64,000 nt of DNA. Source: a virus. Shown piece by piece: positions 1 through 9,184 of the stretch; the stretch's first letter is position 1; every line of letters starts with the position of its first letter. Location: the IMG/VR virus record IMGVR_UViG_3300002061_000003, one strand, 5' to 3'. The position numbers were made by a program, and so were the translations under genes. The notes under the pieces were generated by a model. It saw only the letters and a list, made by a program, of their open reading frames with translations. It did no database searches and was not told the origin of the DNA.

Positions 1-1
1 T

Positions 2-280
2 GATTCTGCTGATCGCGTTGTCATTTCCGATCCAACAGGCGGTTCGCAATACGATCGTGTCTATCAGTTCAACACCGAGGATGGTGACGTCATCGACTTC
101 GTACATCCTGGAACGGTTACGATGACTGATGCTGTCCAGAAGCAGAACGGAACGATGATCCACTATGAAGAGCAAGGCGTCTCTCATAAGCTGTGGCTCG
201 GCTCTGTTGACTTCGATGACCTGACGACCAACGACTTCAATGGTATCTCAGGCGTCGAACAGTTCTTCGACATCGCGTAG
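2..280 (+). CDS. C-terminal part of a probable RTX/hemolysin-type Ca-binding protein (5' end off-window; probably continues 63789..64000)
   Basis: Open frame from base 2 to TAG at 278-280: DSADRVVISDPTGGSQYDRVYQFNTEDGDVIDF...FFDIA. The 'AD.VV...D.V..F..EDGDVIDF' pattern resembles the region following RTX nonapeptides. Confidence 0.6.
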   Translation, partial: DSADRVVISDPTGGSQYDRVYQFNTEDGDVIDFVHPGTVTMTDAVQKQNGTMIHYEEQGVSHKLWLGSVDFDDLTTNDFNGISGVEQFFDIA

Positions 281-312
281 AATAGGTCAAAACCTGTTCT
301 AATCAAAACATC

Positions 313-336
313 GAGGTTGGCTTAACGGCCAATCTC
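313..336 (+). terminator. Hairpin after the RTX-like gene, possible terminator or processing site
   Basis: GAGGTTGGC-TTAACG-GCCAATCTC stem-loop; no clear U-tract. Confidence 0.4.
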
Positions 337-434
337 ACTATTCCACATTCCACAACCATAATCACAAGTATCCTGACATCATGAGCATATTGGTTTTCCA
401 TCTCACACTTAGCCCATATATGGGGTGTTAAGGT

Positions 435-614
435 ATGGCTAGCAGCTACGATAAGCATTTTCTCGGTATGGATAGACCTCCCACGTTTGGTGAGCGAGTA
501 CTGTCCATTTTATGTTACATATTCGCTTTTGCCGTTGTATCCGTCAAACTCTATGCCCTGTATGCATTCATCACATATTGCATACGGAACTATTATGCCA
601 GAGAAATACTATGA
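435..614 (+). CDS. Small membrane protein (59 aa, not in ORF track)
   Basis: AAGGT RBS then ATG; MASSYDKHFLGMDRPPTFGERVLSILCYIFAFAVVSVKLYALYAFITYCIRNYYAREIL has a long hydrophobic stretch. Confidence 0.55.
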   Translation: MASSYDKHFLGMDRPPTFGERVLSILCYIFAFAVVSVKLYALYAFITYCIRNYYAREIL

Positions 615-1089
615 ACCAATCTTCCCGTCAAAAGTCAATTACAAGATTACATTCCAGTCTGAAAAGTACGGTGAGTGTCAATGGCTTGTTGACGCATCCG
701 GAAAGATCATTGACTGTCCAGTCTTCCTCAGACCTCATTGGATCGGAAGGCACGTTCATCTCAAAAAGCTCGTCCAGGACTTCAAATACGACGTCGCATC
801 CAACCCAGATGCAAAGACATGCACAGATGCAGGCTTACCAAATGGAATTGAAGTCGAGGTATGGAGCAACCATATCAAGGGCTTCAATGGACTTGGAGTG
901 TTGCTCTTTCCTGCGAAGGTTATTGAAGCAACCCATTCAGCCAGTCTTCACGAATCACGTGACGGGAATAACTTCATGTTAGATCCTGTCAACAACCCAT
1001 CTACAGATACAACCACAGAACCGAAAGGTAAATCAGATGAGCCAAGACTCCCAAGAATCCGGAGATCCAAACCCAAAGGTGAACCGTAA
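595..1089 (+). CDS. Hypothetical protein, paralog of the next gene
   Basis: Likely start MPEKYY at 595; shares the W...G.IID...IGR.VH..L pattern with 1037..1459. Confidence 0.7.
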   Translation: MPEKYYEPIFPSKVNYKITFQSEKYGECQWLVDASGKIIDCPVFLRPHWIGRHVHLKKLVQDFKYDVASNPDAKTCTDAGLPNGIEVEVWSNHIKGFNGLGVLLFPAKVIEATHSASLHESRDGNNFMLDPVNNPSTDTTTEPKGKSDEPRLPRIRRSKPKGEP

Positions 1090-1459
1090 CGCCTTAATAG
1101 GCAAGTTACGTAATGTACCGTTTGACATTCGAAATTGCGATGCCAAGCGGTATACTCCTCCTCCAGGCCTTGAAGGTAACTACATCGTCCAATTGGGTGA
1201 TAAAGGTCAAGACATTACGTGGTTGCTTATAGCCCACGACGGAATCATTATTGATGTAGGTTATGCTGCATCGCGTGAACTGGCAAATTTCTATATTGGC
1301 CGTGAAGTTCATGTCAGTCATCTCTTCGAGACGTTTGATTCCCACTCGCGAGAAGGTGGTATAATCCTCTGGCGTGATGATGCTGGCTCATCTCCAACAA
1401 TGTGTGAATACCGTGCAGTACGCATCTGGCATTCTTATTCAGGAGACAAACTGCCATGA
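1037..1459 (+). CDS. Hypothetical protein, paralog of the previous gene
   Basis: ORF track; stop overlaps next start (ATGA). Confidence 0.7.
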   Translation: MSQDSQESGDPNPKVNRNALIGKLRNVPFDIRNCDAKRYTPPPGLEGNYIVQLGDKGQDITWLLIAHDGIIIDVGYAASRELANFYIGREVHVSHLFETFDSHSREGGIILWRDDAGSSPTMCEYRAVRIWHSYSGDKLP

Positions 1460-2697
1460 CACAGCTTGCAGTGGAGAACAAAGACCTCGTTGAGATCGCA
1501 TTCGAAACCTTTACCATATTGGATAAAAGGTCATTTACCACTTTCGGTTTGCATGCTAAACCGGGAAACCCTTCACCAATTGGTTTCTTCGGAACTGGAC
1601 TCAAATATGCCATTGCAATCTTGGTGCGTGAAAACATACCAGTAACCATCTGGATTGGATATTCCTCGTACGAATTCTACCAGAAGAAGTCTGAGTTCCG
1701 AGGTCAAGAGATTGTCGAGATCAAATGCCGTATGCGTAAGCGCAAGAAGGCCTCAGACCTCAACGCTCATGTAAAGCCGACATACTTCAAGTTGCCATAT
1801 ACTGTCGATCTCGGCACTACTTGGGAGCTTTGGAAGGCTTATCGTGAACTAGCCTCCAACACCATCGATGAAGAGGGTCTCATCATACATCGGAATTATT
1901 CCCACTATAAAGGTGGCATGAAGAAATCCGAACGTAACAAGGCTCGCAAAGAACTGCTTGGCCCAAACAAGACTGTCATCATCGTTGAGGGTAACGATTT
2001 CGCTCAGGTATACCATAACCGAGATGAAATCTTCTTGCCAGAGGCTACCAGAAGTGAGCATCAAATCGATGCCGATTCTGAAAACCCAAATTCAACTCCA
2101 ACACCAGACATTGAGGTGTTTGATGAACCGTCTCGGTATATGTATTATCGCGGTATCCGTGTTCTCGATCTTAACGATGGGAACTATGCTTCGGATGCAC
2201 ATGACAATCCCGTAAGAAGCCGTTACACATGGAATCTTGTCGGCAAAACAGAATTAACCGAAGATCGCACACTTGCATATCCTTACGGAACACTTTCACG
2301 TATTGGGCGTTTCATCCTTCGGTCGAGAGACAGAGACTTCATTCGGCAAATCCTCGAGGTCGATGAAACTAAGTTTTGGGAAGGTAAGATTGACTTCGAT
2401 CATCCCAGCACAACTCCGACATCTGAGTTCATGGAGGTTTATAACGACGTAGCTAAGCCTCTCAGCGGTGCCAAAAGTTACATGAAGGCATACCATACTC
2501 CGAAACCTCCCGAAGTGCAAGTGGATAGGCTTGACATCTCTACCGTCATTGATCGTCTAAGCAGCATTCGCTATGGCACTTACGAACCTCCCTCAGAACA
2601 TGAAATGAAGCTCCTGTGCAAAGATGCTGTGCATTATCTTACCAAATACCGTTCAGAGCTTCGAGCAAAGGATAAAGACATTGACATCCCGTTTTAA
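1456..2697 (+). CDS. GHKL (Hsp90/MutL-like) ATPase-domain protein
   Basis: N-terminal 'IGFFGTGLKYAIAIL' Gly-rich lid and later 'ELASNTIDE' motif, as seen in phage GHKL-fold proteins. Confidence 0.6.
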   Translation: MTQLAVENKDLVEIAFETFTILDKRSFTTFGLHAKPGNPSPIGFFGTGLKYAIAILVRENIPVTIWIGYSSYEFYQKKSEFRGQEIVEIKCRMRKRKKASDLNAHVKPTYFKLPYTVDLGTTWELWKAYRELASNTIDEEGLIIHRNYSHYKGGMKKSERNKARKELLGPNKTVIIVEGNDFAQVYHNRDEIFLPEATRSEHQIDADSENPNSTPTPDIEVFDEPSRYMYYRGIRVLDLNDGNYASDAHDNPVRSRYTWNLVGKTELTEDRTLAYPYGTLSRIGRFILRSRDRDFIRQILEVDETKFWEGKIDFDHPSTTPTSEFMEVYNDVAKPLSGAKSYMKAYHTPKPPEVQVDRLDISTVIDRLSSIRYGTYEPPSEHEMKLLCKDAVHYLTKYRSELRAKDKDIDIPF

Positions 2698-2734
2698 ATA
2701 TCCACCAGGAACTGCGTGTGGTGCTATCGCTGTG

Positions 2735-3034
2735 ATGGAACTGTCGCGTACGATGCCAAGATCAAGGATTACGACTGTGGATCCCTTACCTCCTCGAATG
2801 TCAGATGCGAATGCCAACCCACCCGAGCAAGAACTCCTCCTCCCGCTAGGAACGAAGTATCATTGCCCTACATGCAAGTCTTCTGGATTTAATCGTTCCC
2901 ATATGATCAACAGGTGTTCATTTTGTGATGGCACTGAAGGTGGACATCCACCCACAAAAGAAGAGGTCGAAGATTGGAACTGGTTGAATGATCCACAGCT
3001 TGGTCGAGATCCCTGCGATGAGGTTATGCCATGA
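2735..3034 (+). CDS. Zinc-finger hypothetical protein
   Basis: CPTC...CSFC pairs; start uncertain. Confidence 0.55.
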   Translation: MELSRTMPRSRITTVDPLPPRMSDANANPPEQELLLPLGTKYHCPTCKSSGFNRSHMINRCSFCDGTEGGHPPTKEEVEDWNWLNDPQLGRDPCDEVMP

Positions 3035-3240
3035 GCGATCTAAGAAATTGTCGTGATTGTAAATTCTGCAATATGTCTCCACATCATATTGAAATGTTCT
3101 GTGTCTGGGAAAAGCATTCAATGCCAGCTCCTGTTTATAGAGCACGTCTTTGGGGTGCAAGTCCTCCGAAAGTTAATCCAGGTAATTACGCTGAAACCTG
3201 CACATTCTTTGAAAAGAAGGAAGAAACCGATGAAGGTTAG
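3031..3240 (+). CDS. Small Cys-rich hypothetical protein
   Basis: CRDCKFC...C...C pattern; ATGA overlap. Confidence 0.6.
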   Translation: MSDLRNCRDCKFCNMSPHHIEMFCVWEKHSMPAPVYRARLWGASPPKVNPGNYAETCTFFEKKEETDEG

Positions 3241-3721
3241 TGTCAGTTTTACAGACGATCAATTGAAGGCTTTGTTGTGGGAGTCAAACCTGATTGAAGG
3301 TATTGATAAGCCCATTACCGAGAAGCAAATTGAAGCATCCAGGTATATTATCGAGACTCAACAGGTTGGCGTAGCTGATTTGTCAAATTGGGTTCTGCTT
3401 TTTCAACCTGATGGATTGCTTCGTGACCAATACAAAATGAATGTTCGTGTAGGTGTTCACATACCTCCAGGAGGTGGGCCTCATATTACAAGTAGGTTGG
3501 AATCTTTGATGATCCAAATGCGTCGTGGTAGGGCATCAGCATATAAATGTCATATCGATTACCTTAACCTTCATCCATTTATGGACGGAAATGGCCGCTC
3601 CGGCCGGATCCTATTACTCTGGCAAGCTTGGCATCATGAGCCTAAGCTGTTTATGGATGCACTCCAGAATGGTTTACTCCATACCTGGTACATGGAAACA
3701 ATGAGACAAAATTCGAGGTAG
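3230..3721 (+). CDS. Fic-domain protein (AMPylase family)
   Basis: Canonical HPFMDGNGRSGR motif; N-terminal SNLIEG matches the (S/T)xxxE(G/N) inhibitory helix. Confidence 0.9.
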   Translation: MKVSVSFTDDQLKALLWESNLIEGIDKPITEKQIEASRYIIETQQVGVADLSNWVLLFQPDGLLRDQYKMNVRVGVHIPPGGGPHITSRLESLMIQMRRGRASAYKCHIDYLNLHPFMDGNGRSGRILLLWQAWHHEPKLFMDALQNGLLHTWYMETMRQNSR

Positions 3722-3723
3722 AT

Positions 3724-4446
3724 ATGTCTGCTAGTAGAAGAATAAAGACGTTGTTGCAGGCTTTAAGCAAGCCTAATCATGTGCTTGTATCATCGGTACA
3801 TGCAACAAAGTGCGTCATCGCAGATACTTCAGGTATTGCAGCTGAACAATGTTCCAAAGACGAACGTGAAGCTATGATGGCGGCTGGATACATAAGGCTT
3901 TTCAAAGAGCCTAAACCTGATATGATCCAGCATATCATAACCGAAAAAGGTCGTAAAACTGCTTTGAAGCCTCGACATGTTAGAGGTGAAAGAAGGTTCT
4001 CAGGTTCAACGTCTAGATCTCCCTTCGAACTGTTGGTTGAGAATAGTCGTATGAAGCAATATTTTACCGCTGATCAAATACAAGCTGGTAACATGTTCAA
4101 AGAGGACTTTATGCGTGCTCAAAATGATGATGGCTATCCGACAACAATGAACTGGAATACTGTAGGTGCATTCGTCGACACAGGCTTTAAAGGCACTCAA
4201 GGTGTTGTACCTAGTGGTTGGTATAAGCAGGAATGTGCATCACGTCTAGAGCAAGCGATCCAGTACTTAGGTGTTGGACTATCAGATGTGGTCTTACTTC
4301 ATATATGCTACGAGCGTGGCCTTGAAGAGACAGAGCAAACGCTTGGATGGTCAGCACGATCAGCAAAAGTTGTGCTACGCATAGCCCTACAACACCTTAC
4401 CCGCTTTTATGGCAAAGATGCCACAAGCCCTATGATCGGAGAATAA
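3724..4446 (+). CDS. GafA/GafZ-like (DUF6456) transcription activator/antiterminator
   Basis: 'SPFELL...AGNMFKEDF..AQ...T.NW' and C-terminal 'RLEQAIQYLGVGLSDVV...GLEETEQTLGWSARSAKVVLRIALQHLTRFY' match the GafA C-terminal DUF6456 pattern as I recall it. Confidence 0.75.
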   Translation: MSASRRIKTLLQALSKPNHVLVSSVHATKCVIADTSGIAAEQCSKDEREAMMAAGYIRLFKEPKPDMIQHIITEKGRKTALKPRHVRGERRFSGSTSRSPFELLVENSRMKQYFTADQIQAGNMFKEDFMRAQNDDGYPTTMNWNTVGAFVDTGFKGTQGVVPSGWYKQECASRLEQAIQYLGVGLSDVVLLHICYERGLEETEQTLGWSARSAKVVLRIALQHLTRFYGKDATSPMIGE

Positions 4447-4447
4447 A

Positions 4448-5038
4448 ATGCTTGTCTCACTGTTTACAGATGCATCGGTTAACCATCAAAAGCAATCAGG
4501 TGGCTGGGGAGCTTGGGCACGTTCTGAAAGAGGTAAAGTTTGGGATGGCGGCATGATTACACACCATCTCACGTCCTCAAATGAGGCTGAGGCGATTGCT
4601 GTTCTTCGTGGCGCTGCTTTGGCGCATCATGTCGGTATTTTAATGCCAGGTGATACCGTTATTGTGCAGCTGGATAATCAACATGTTTGCCGTAGTTTGA
4701 ATTGGAGCTGGGAGAAGGGTAGTCCTATGATGCCTCAAATACGTCCAGACTATTCTCGCACAGAGCATGAAATCTCAACCTTGGATGCAATCACCGAATT
4801 TGAATTGAGGCATAACATCCAGATTGCAAGTCGTTGGATCAAAGGTCATACTAACGGTGAGACACCCCGTACATACGTAAACAATGCTTGTGATTCACTT
4901 GCCAATAAAGGTCGCAAGATGGCAGAGAAATACTTTGCCCATCCTAAAGGTCAACATCGTATGTTCGTACACAATCGTGAGAAGGTTGAACGTGCAGAAC
5001 GTAAGGCCGAAATTATCAATTGGGGTGCTGTCAGATGA
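4448..5038 (+). CDS. rnhA: Ribonuclease HI
   Basis: FTDAS, GGWGAW, SSNEAE, VQLDN, WIKGH and NNACDSLA motifs. Confidence 0.9.
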   Translation: MLVSLFTDASVNHQKQSGGWGAWARSERGKVWDGGMITHHLTSSNEAEAIAVLRGAALAHHVGILMPGDTVIVQLDNQHVCRSLNWSWEKGSPMMPQIRPDYSRTEHEISTLDAITEFELRHNIQIASRWIKGHTNGETPRTYVNNACDSLANKGRKMAEKYFAHPKGQHRMFVHNREKVERAERKAEIINWGAVR

Positions 5039-5415
5039 GCGATGAAAAGTATTACCGGTATGTTGAGAAATGGTACGCTGGTATGCCTCTCTGTACAGTA
5101 GATGGCAGTGAAGAATATGGCCCATCAACTTGTCGAATTGAGTTGCAGACTTTTGATGTCATCCGTCATACGCCTAAAGGTGTTTGGATCCTTGATTGGA
5201 ATTATACCTGGGATCCGCATTATGAACGTTGGATTGGCCATGAACATAACAAACGTTATGCCTGTGAAACCAAAGAGTTGGCGATGGAATCATTCTTGGC
5301 ACGTAAAAGACGTCAAATACATATACTACGCAATCAACTGAATAACGCACTACATGCTCAAAAATTAGGAGAACATTACAACGTTGAGCATGACATCCAA
5401 AACAACGTGCTCTGA
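5035..5415 (+). CDS. Hypothetical protein
   Basis: ORF coupled by ATGA overlap. Confidence 0.7.
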   Translation: MSDEKYYRYVEKWYAGMPLCTVDGSEEYGPSTCRIELQTFDVIRHTPKGVWILDWNYTWDPHYERWIGHEHNKRYACETKELAMESFLARKRRQIHILRNQLNNALHAQKLGEHYNVEHDIQNNVL

Positions 5416-5466
5416 CTAAATCCTTAAAGCATTTAAAAGTTTTTTAGGACTGCCATTAAAAACTGG

Positions 5467-5495
5467 TTGATTTAGACTTATAAATGATTTAATAT
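5467..5495 (+). promoter_or_regulatory. Sigma70-like promoter
   Basis: TTGATT-N17-TAATAT upstream of the replication genes. Confidence 0.65.
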
Positions 5496-5543
5496 AAATC
5501 TTGTCACCAACGACATCAACCACCAGCAGCGGAATTTCCTTTT

Positions 5544-5816
5544 ATGTCATCTCCTGTAAGCGCACTTGATGTGCGTGAACGTATTCTGCATGTCTTTAGT
5601 ATATACCCAAAGATCTCGCCGTCTATGCTCCAAATCAGTTTGAACTTACCCGCCAAAGATTGGCGTCCAGTTCTTGAAGAACTCATCACCGAAGATCAAG
5701 TTACACGTCAGTCACTTGTACATCTTACACCTACAGGCCGAAACCAATCCTATACAATCCTGACGTCCAACATTCTGACCGCAGAAGTGGAAACCGTTAA
5801 TGACGTTTCTAAGTGA
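5544..5816 (+). CDS. Small winged-helix-like DNA-binding protein
   Basis: 'ISPSMLQISLNLPAKDWRPVLEELITEDQVTRQ' has wHTH-like spacing; directly upstream of the primase. Confidence 0.5.
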   Translation: MSSPVSALDVRERILHVFSIYPKISPSMLQISLNLPAKDWRPVLEELITEDQVTRQSLVHLTPTGRNQSYTILTSNILTAEVETVNDVSK

Positions 5817-8199
5817 CGGTGTTGATGATCTTGCCAAGTCAGGCTTGACTCAAGAAGATATTGCAGCACGTCTAGCTCAAACCGTTGAGTTTGCGGCTTT
5901 AGGTGTTCCAGCATCATCTTCAGGATATGTCATTCCATATTTCGACATCTACGGCAAAGCTCGCCCGTTTTATCGGGTACGAATGTTTAACGCGACAGTT
6001 AAATATCGTCAACCAAAGAATACGTCGAATGCTATTTACTTCCCGAAAGGGTTGATGAAATGCATTCGAGACACTAACGCCAAGTACATCATTATATGTG
6101 AGGGCGAAAAGAAAGCTGCTGCATCTGTCAAAGCTGGATTCCCTGCAATCGCTTTGGGTGGTGTTGATTCCTGGAAAAATCGCACATTCATTCTACCTGA
6201 AGGTACAGATCTTGCCAAAGGCTATAATGCGAAAGACATCAATGCGAAGGTTCCTGCAGGTGTAGACCAGATCGGTGAATCGGGTTTGACAACGCTTGCA
6301 ACTGGATTTATGGAACTTGTTGATCTTGTCGTACAAGAAAAATTACGCCTAATCATCTGCTTTGACAGTGATGAAGAGACAGGCATGAAGTATGAAGTCC
6401 AACGTGCTGCTGCATCTTTGGCATTCGAACTTAGGTATCGTGGTGTACCTTTCGGTAATATCCACCAAATGGTTTTGCCTCCATTGGCCGATTCATCCAA
6501 GGTTGGTATTGATGACTTCCTGGTGAGTCGTGGGAACGATGAGTTTTCGCAGCTTATTCAGGATACACTTGAGCGTCAGTCTTCGTTCCCGAGACATCCA
6601 AACGTAAGGGAATACATCAACCGCAAACTTCAAAAGACAAAGATGACTCGGAAGGAAGCTCAGAATGCTGCCATGGCATTGCTTTCCGATATCGATGCAA
6701 CAGGTAAAAGACTGAGATCTGAATCCGAAGGTCAAATGTATTATTTCGACTATAGTACACGGAAACTAATTAAAGTCAATCTAAATATGGGTAACAAAGG
6801 CCTTTTGCATGAGTCTCCCTTTGGTCAGCTGCTCTATACACGCTATGGACTTAGTGCAGCAGATGGCAGAGTGTTGACGTGGTTAGATGCACAATTCAAC
6901 TCCGAACAACCAATCGAAGAGGTCAATCCACATAGGGTTATTGCAAGACCTGCACCAGGTGAAGATTGTGTTCGATATCAAATCAACGATGGACAATATG
7001 TTAAGGTGGCTCGCCTTCCAGCGGAGGACGAAGATACCATTGAAATCTATGACAACGGTGATGATGGGTTCCTGTTCGAATCTGGATTAGTACAACCCAT
7101 TGAAGCTGCAGACTTATTGGCAGAGATTGCAAAGCAGCGTGAAGAACCATTGACTCCGTGGTGGGTTGATGTTCTCAATACAGTAAGGTTGAAACGTGAT
7201 GAACAGAACAAAATCCTTATCGCCCTCCTTTATTATATTTCCCCGTGGTTATACAAGTGGCGTGGATCTCAGTTACCAGTTGAGCTTGTTATCGGAGAAA
7301 GTGGATCAGGTAAATCAAGCCTTTGCGAGCACCGTCTTAACGTTCTCACAGGTACTCCAGAGCTTAGGAACGCCCCTACAGACCTTAAAGATTGGCATGC
7401 GTCAATCACCAACGCTGGCGGATTACACGTTGTCGATAACGTTAACCTCGTCGACAAAAACCTCAGGCAGAGGCTATCTGATGAGATCTGTCGTCTTGTT
7501 ACCGAACCTGATCCCCACATCGAGATGCGCAAACTATACTCCAACAATGAACTTATCCGTATCCCTGCACGAGTTACTTTCGCACTCACGGCAATTCAAC
7601 AACCTTTCATGCAAGCAGACTTACTACAGCGGGCAGTCATTGTCGAACTCGACAAGAATGCGTCAGCTCAAGGATCTAACATCACCTATGAAGCCGACTG
7701 GGTTACCCGTCAGATGGATGACAGAGGAGGTAGAGCATCTTGGCTCGCTCATCACCTCATCGTGTTGGAAAGGTTCTTCCAAGTTGTTGGCGAAGAATGG
7801 AATCCAGGATATTCAGCGATTCACCGGCTTATTAACCTTGAACAAGCTTTAGTTCTCGTAGCCAAGGTATTCAATCAAGACGTTAGCTGGTTACCTGCAT
7901 TCATGACGAAGACTGCTAACCGTAATATCTCAGAAGCTGACTGGGCTCTTGAAGGTCTTAAAGCCTTCGGTGATATGTGGCGTAAGCATAAGTCAGCTGA
8001 AGCACAATTCACTGTTGGCCAAATTGCTGATTGGGCTAAGTTCCAGGAAGAATATGAAGAATGTTACCAGTTGACCAATAGTCGTAAGTTAGGTCGATAT
8101 CTTTCGACACATACGCAGTTGGTGCAAGAATTGTCTGGCATTCAGAAATCAAGCAAGACAAACAACAAGCAAATGTATGTAGCAGGGAGCCCATCATGA
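5800..8199 (+). CDS. DNA primase (TOPRIM)-helicase/P-loop NTPase fusion
   Basis: TOPRIM motifs IICEGEKKA, IALGGV, ICFDSD, GIDDFL; C-terminal Walker A GESGSGKS. Confidence 0.85.
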   Translation: MTFLSDGVDDLAKSGLTQEDIAARLAQTVEFAALGVPASSSGYVIPYFDIYGKARPFYRVRMFNATVKYRQPKNTSNAIYFPKGLMKCIRDTNAKYIIICEGEKKAAASVKAGFPAIALGGVDSWKNRTFILPEGTDLAKGYNAKDINAKVPAGVDQIGESGLTTLATGFMELVDLVVQEKLRLIICFDSDEETGMKYEVQRAAASLAFELRYRGVPFGNIHQMVLPPLADSSKVGIDDFLVSRGNDEFSQLIQDTLERQSSFPRHPNVREYINRKLQKTKMTRKEAQNAAMALLSDIDATGKRLRSESEGQMYYFDYSTRKLIKVNLNMGNKGLLHESPFGQLLYTRYGLSAADGRVLTWLDAQFNSEQPIEEVNPHRVIARPAPGEDCVRYQINDGQYVKVARLPAEDEDTIEIYDNGDDGFLFESGLVQPIEAADLLAEIAKQREEPLTPWWVDVLNTVRLKRDEQNKILIALLYYISPWLYKWRGSQLPVELVIGESGSGKSSLCEHRLNVLTGTPELRNAPTDLKDWHASITNAGGLHVVDNVNLVDKNLRQRLSDEICRLVTEPDPHIEMRKLYSNNELIRIPARVTFALTAIQQPFMQADLLQRAVIVELDKNASAQGSNITYEADWVTRQMDDRGGRASWLAHHLIVLERFFQVVGEEWNPGYSAIHRLINLEQALVLVAKVFNQDVSWLPAFMTKTANRNISEADWALEGLKAFGDMWRKHKSAEAQFTVGQIADWAKFQEEYEECYQLTNSRKLGRYLSTHTQLVQELSGIQKSSKTNNKQMYVAGSPS

Positions 8200-8552
8200 C
8201 TGACAAAGCCCGACTCGAGACAAGACTTGATGCCCTAATCGAAACGTCCCCAAATGATATCGATGCAATAGCACATACCCAAATGCTTATTGAATTGGCT
8301 AACATAGGTGATGAACCTGAAACAGTATGTGGTCGAGTTGATGGTGAAGGTAATCTCTGTCAAGGTATTCTCGAACCCTACAACGAAGACTGCTACTGTT
8401 CCGCAGCTGCAGCAAGAGGTCATGCTCCTTGCAGTGTTTGTGAGAAAGGCGAACTTGTTTGTGAAACTTGTGGCTGGACTTCTGGTGATGACACCTATAA
8501 TGTGCTTGACAGATGGACAAAAATCTGGCATGATCTTTTGAAGGGCGCTTAA
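8196..8552 (+). CDS. Zinc-binding hypothetical protein
   Basis: Multiple CxC/CxxC pairs (CYC, CSVC, CETC). Confidence 0.65.
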   Translation: MTDKARLETRLDALIETSPNDIDAIAHTQMLIELANIGDEPETVCGRVDGEGNLCQGILEPYNEDCYCSAAAARGHAPCSVCEKGELVCETCGWTSGDDTYNVLDRWTKIWHDLLKGA

Positions 8553-8581
8553 ATTAATTTGAAGGGCACTCACTTTAACCG

Positions 8582-8610
8582 TTGATTAGCCCCAAATACT
8601 GATGTATATT
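8582..8610 (+). promoter_or_regulatory. Sigma70-like promoter
   Basis: TTGATT-N17-TATATT. Confidence 0.7.
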
Positions 8611-8672
8611 AATTGTATCAGCAGGAGATGCTGCATACACAACCACATCAATTTTGCTAGGAGGCAAATATC

Positions 8673-9062
8673 ATGGCACCTAAGAATTCCGAAGCCACCG
8701 AAAACACTGAAGCTACAGGCGAAGGCGAAGAAACTGAAGCCAAAGTCGACAACCGTCATATCTGGATCGAACATGCTGAATACACCGGCGGTGAGCGTGT
8801 GAAGCGTACCGACTGGATCCGCGAAGTTTACCAGGATGCAAACAACGAAGCATTCTTCGGCAACCGTGGCGCAATCGCAAAAGCTCTGACCGAGATGCAG
8901 GGCAAAGATGTTCCTTACCAGATCGTGTTCGCTGCGACCAAAGAGATCAAAGGCCCTGCTGCTGAGATCAAGGCTCGCAAACAAGCTGCCAAAGATGCTG
9001 CTGATGCTGAAAAAGCTGAAGCCGCTGCTGCTGCCGAAAATGCGGAAACGGAAGAAGCTTAA
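8673..9062 (+). CDS. Small putative DNA-binding protein with acidic N-tail and Ala/Lys C-tail
   Basis: Strong GGAGG RBS, own promoter and terminator; 'RGAIAKAL...YQIV' HTH-like segment. Confidence 0.75.
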   Translation: MAPKNSEATENTEATGEGEETEAKVDNRHIWIEHAEYTGGERVKRTDWIREVYQDANNEAFFGNRGAIAKALTEMQGKDVPYQIVFAATKEIKGPAAEIKARKQAAKDAADAEKAEAAAAAENAETEEA

Positions 9063-9125
9063 GGCGCGTCGCTGCAGCCTGAAAGCTAATCAGCTTTAAC
9101 GTCCCCTCGGATCTTCGGCTGATTG

Positions 9126-9164
9126 AACGGGTTCAGGATTAACCTCCTGGATCCGTTTTCTTTT
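9126..9164 (+). terminator. Rho-independent terminator
   Basis: AACGGGTTCAGGA-TTAACC-TCCTGGATCCGTT followed by TTCTTTT. Confidence 0.85.
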
Positions 9165-9184
9165 GCTCAAATTAGGACATTGAC

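Noticed and set aside
5423-5447. CtrA-like TTAA-N7-TTAA boxes (also near 60442)
   Set aside because: Only imperfect matches (TTAA-N7-TTAG, or N5 spacing) within AT-rich UP elements; expected by chance
8538-8569. Short direct repeat TTTGAAGGGC at a gene end
   Set aside because: Only 10 bp, two copies; could be a recombination scar but there is no supporting evidence
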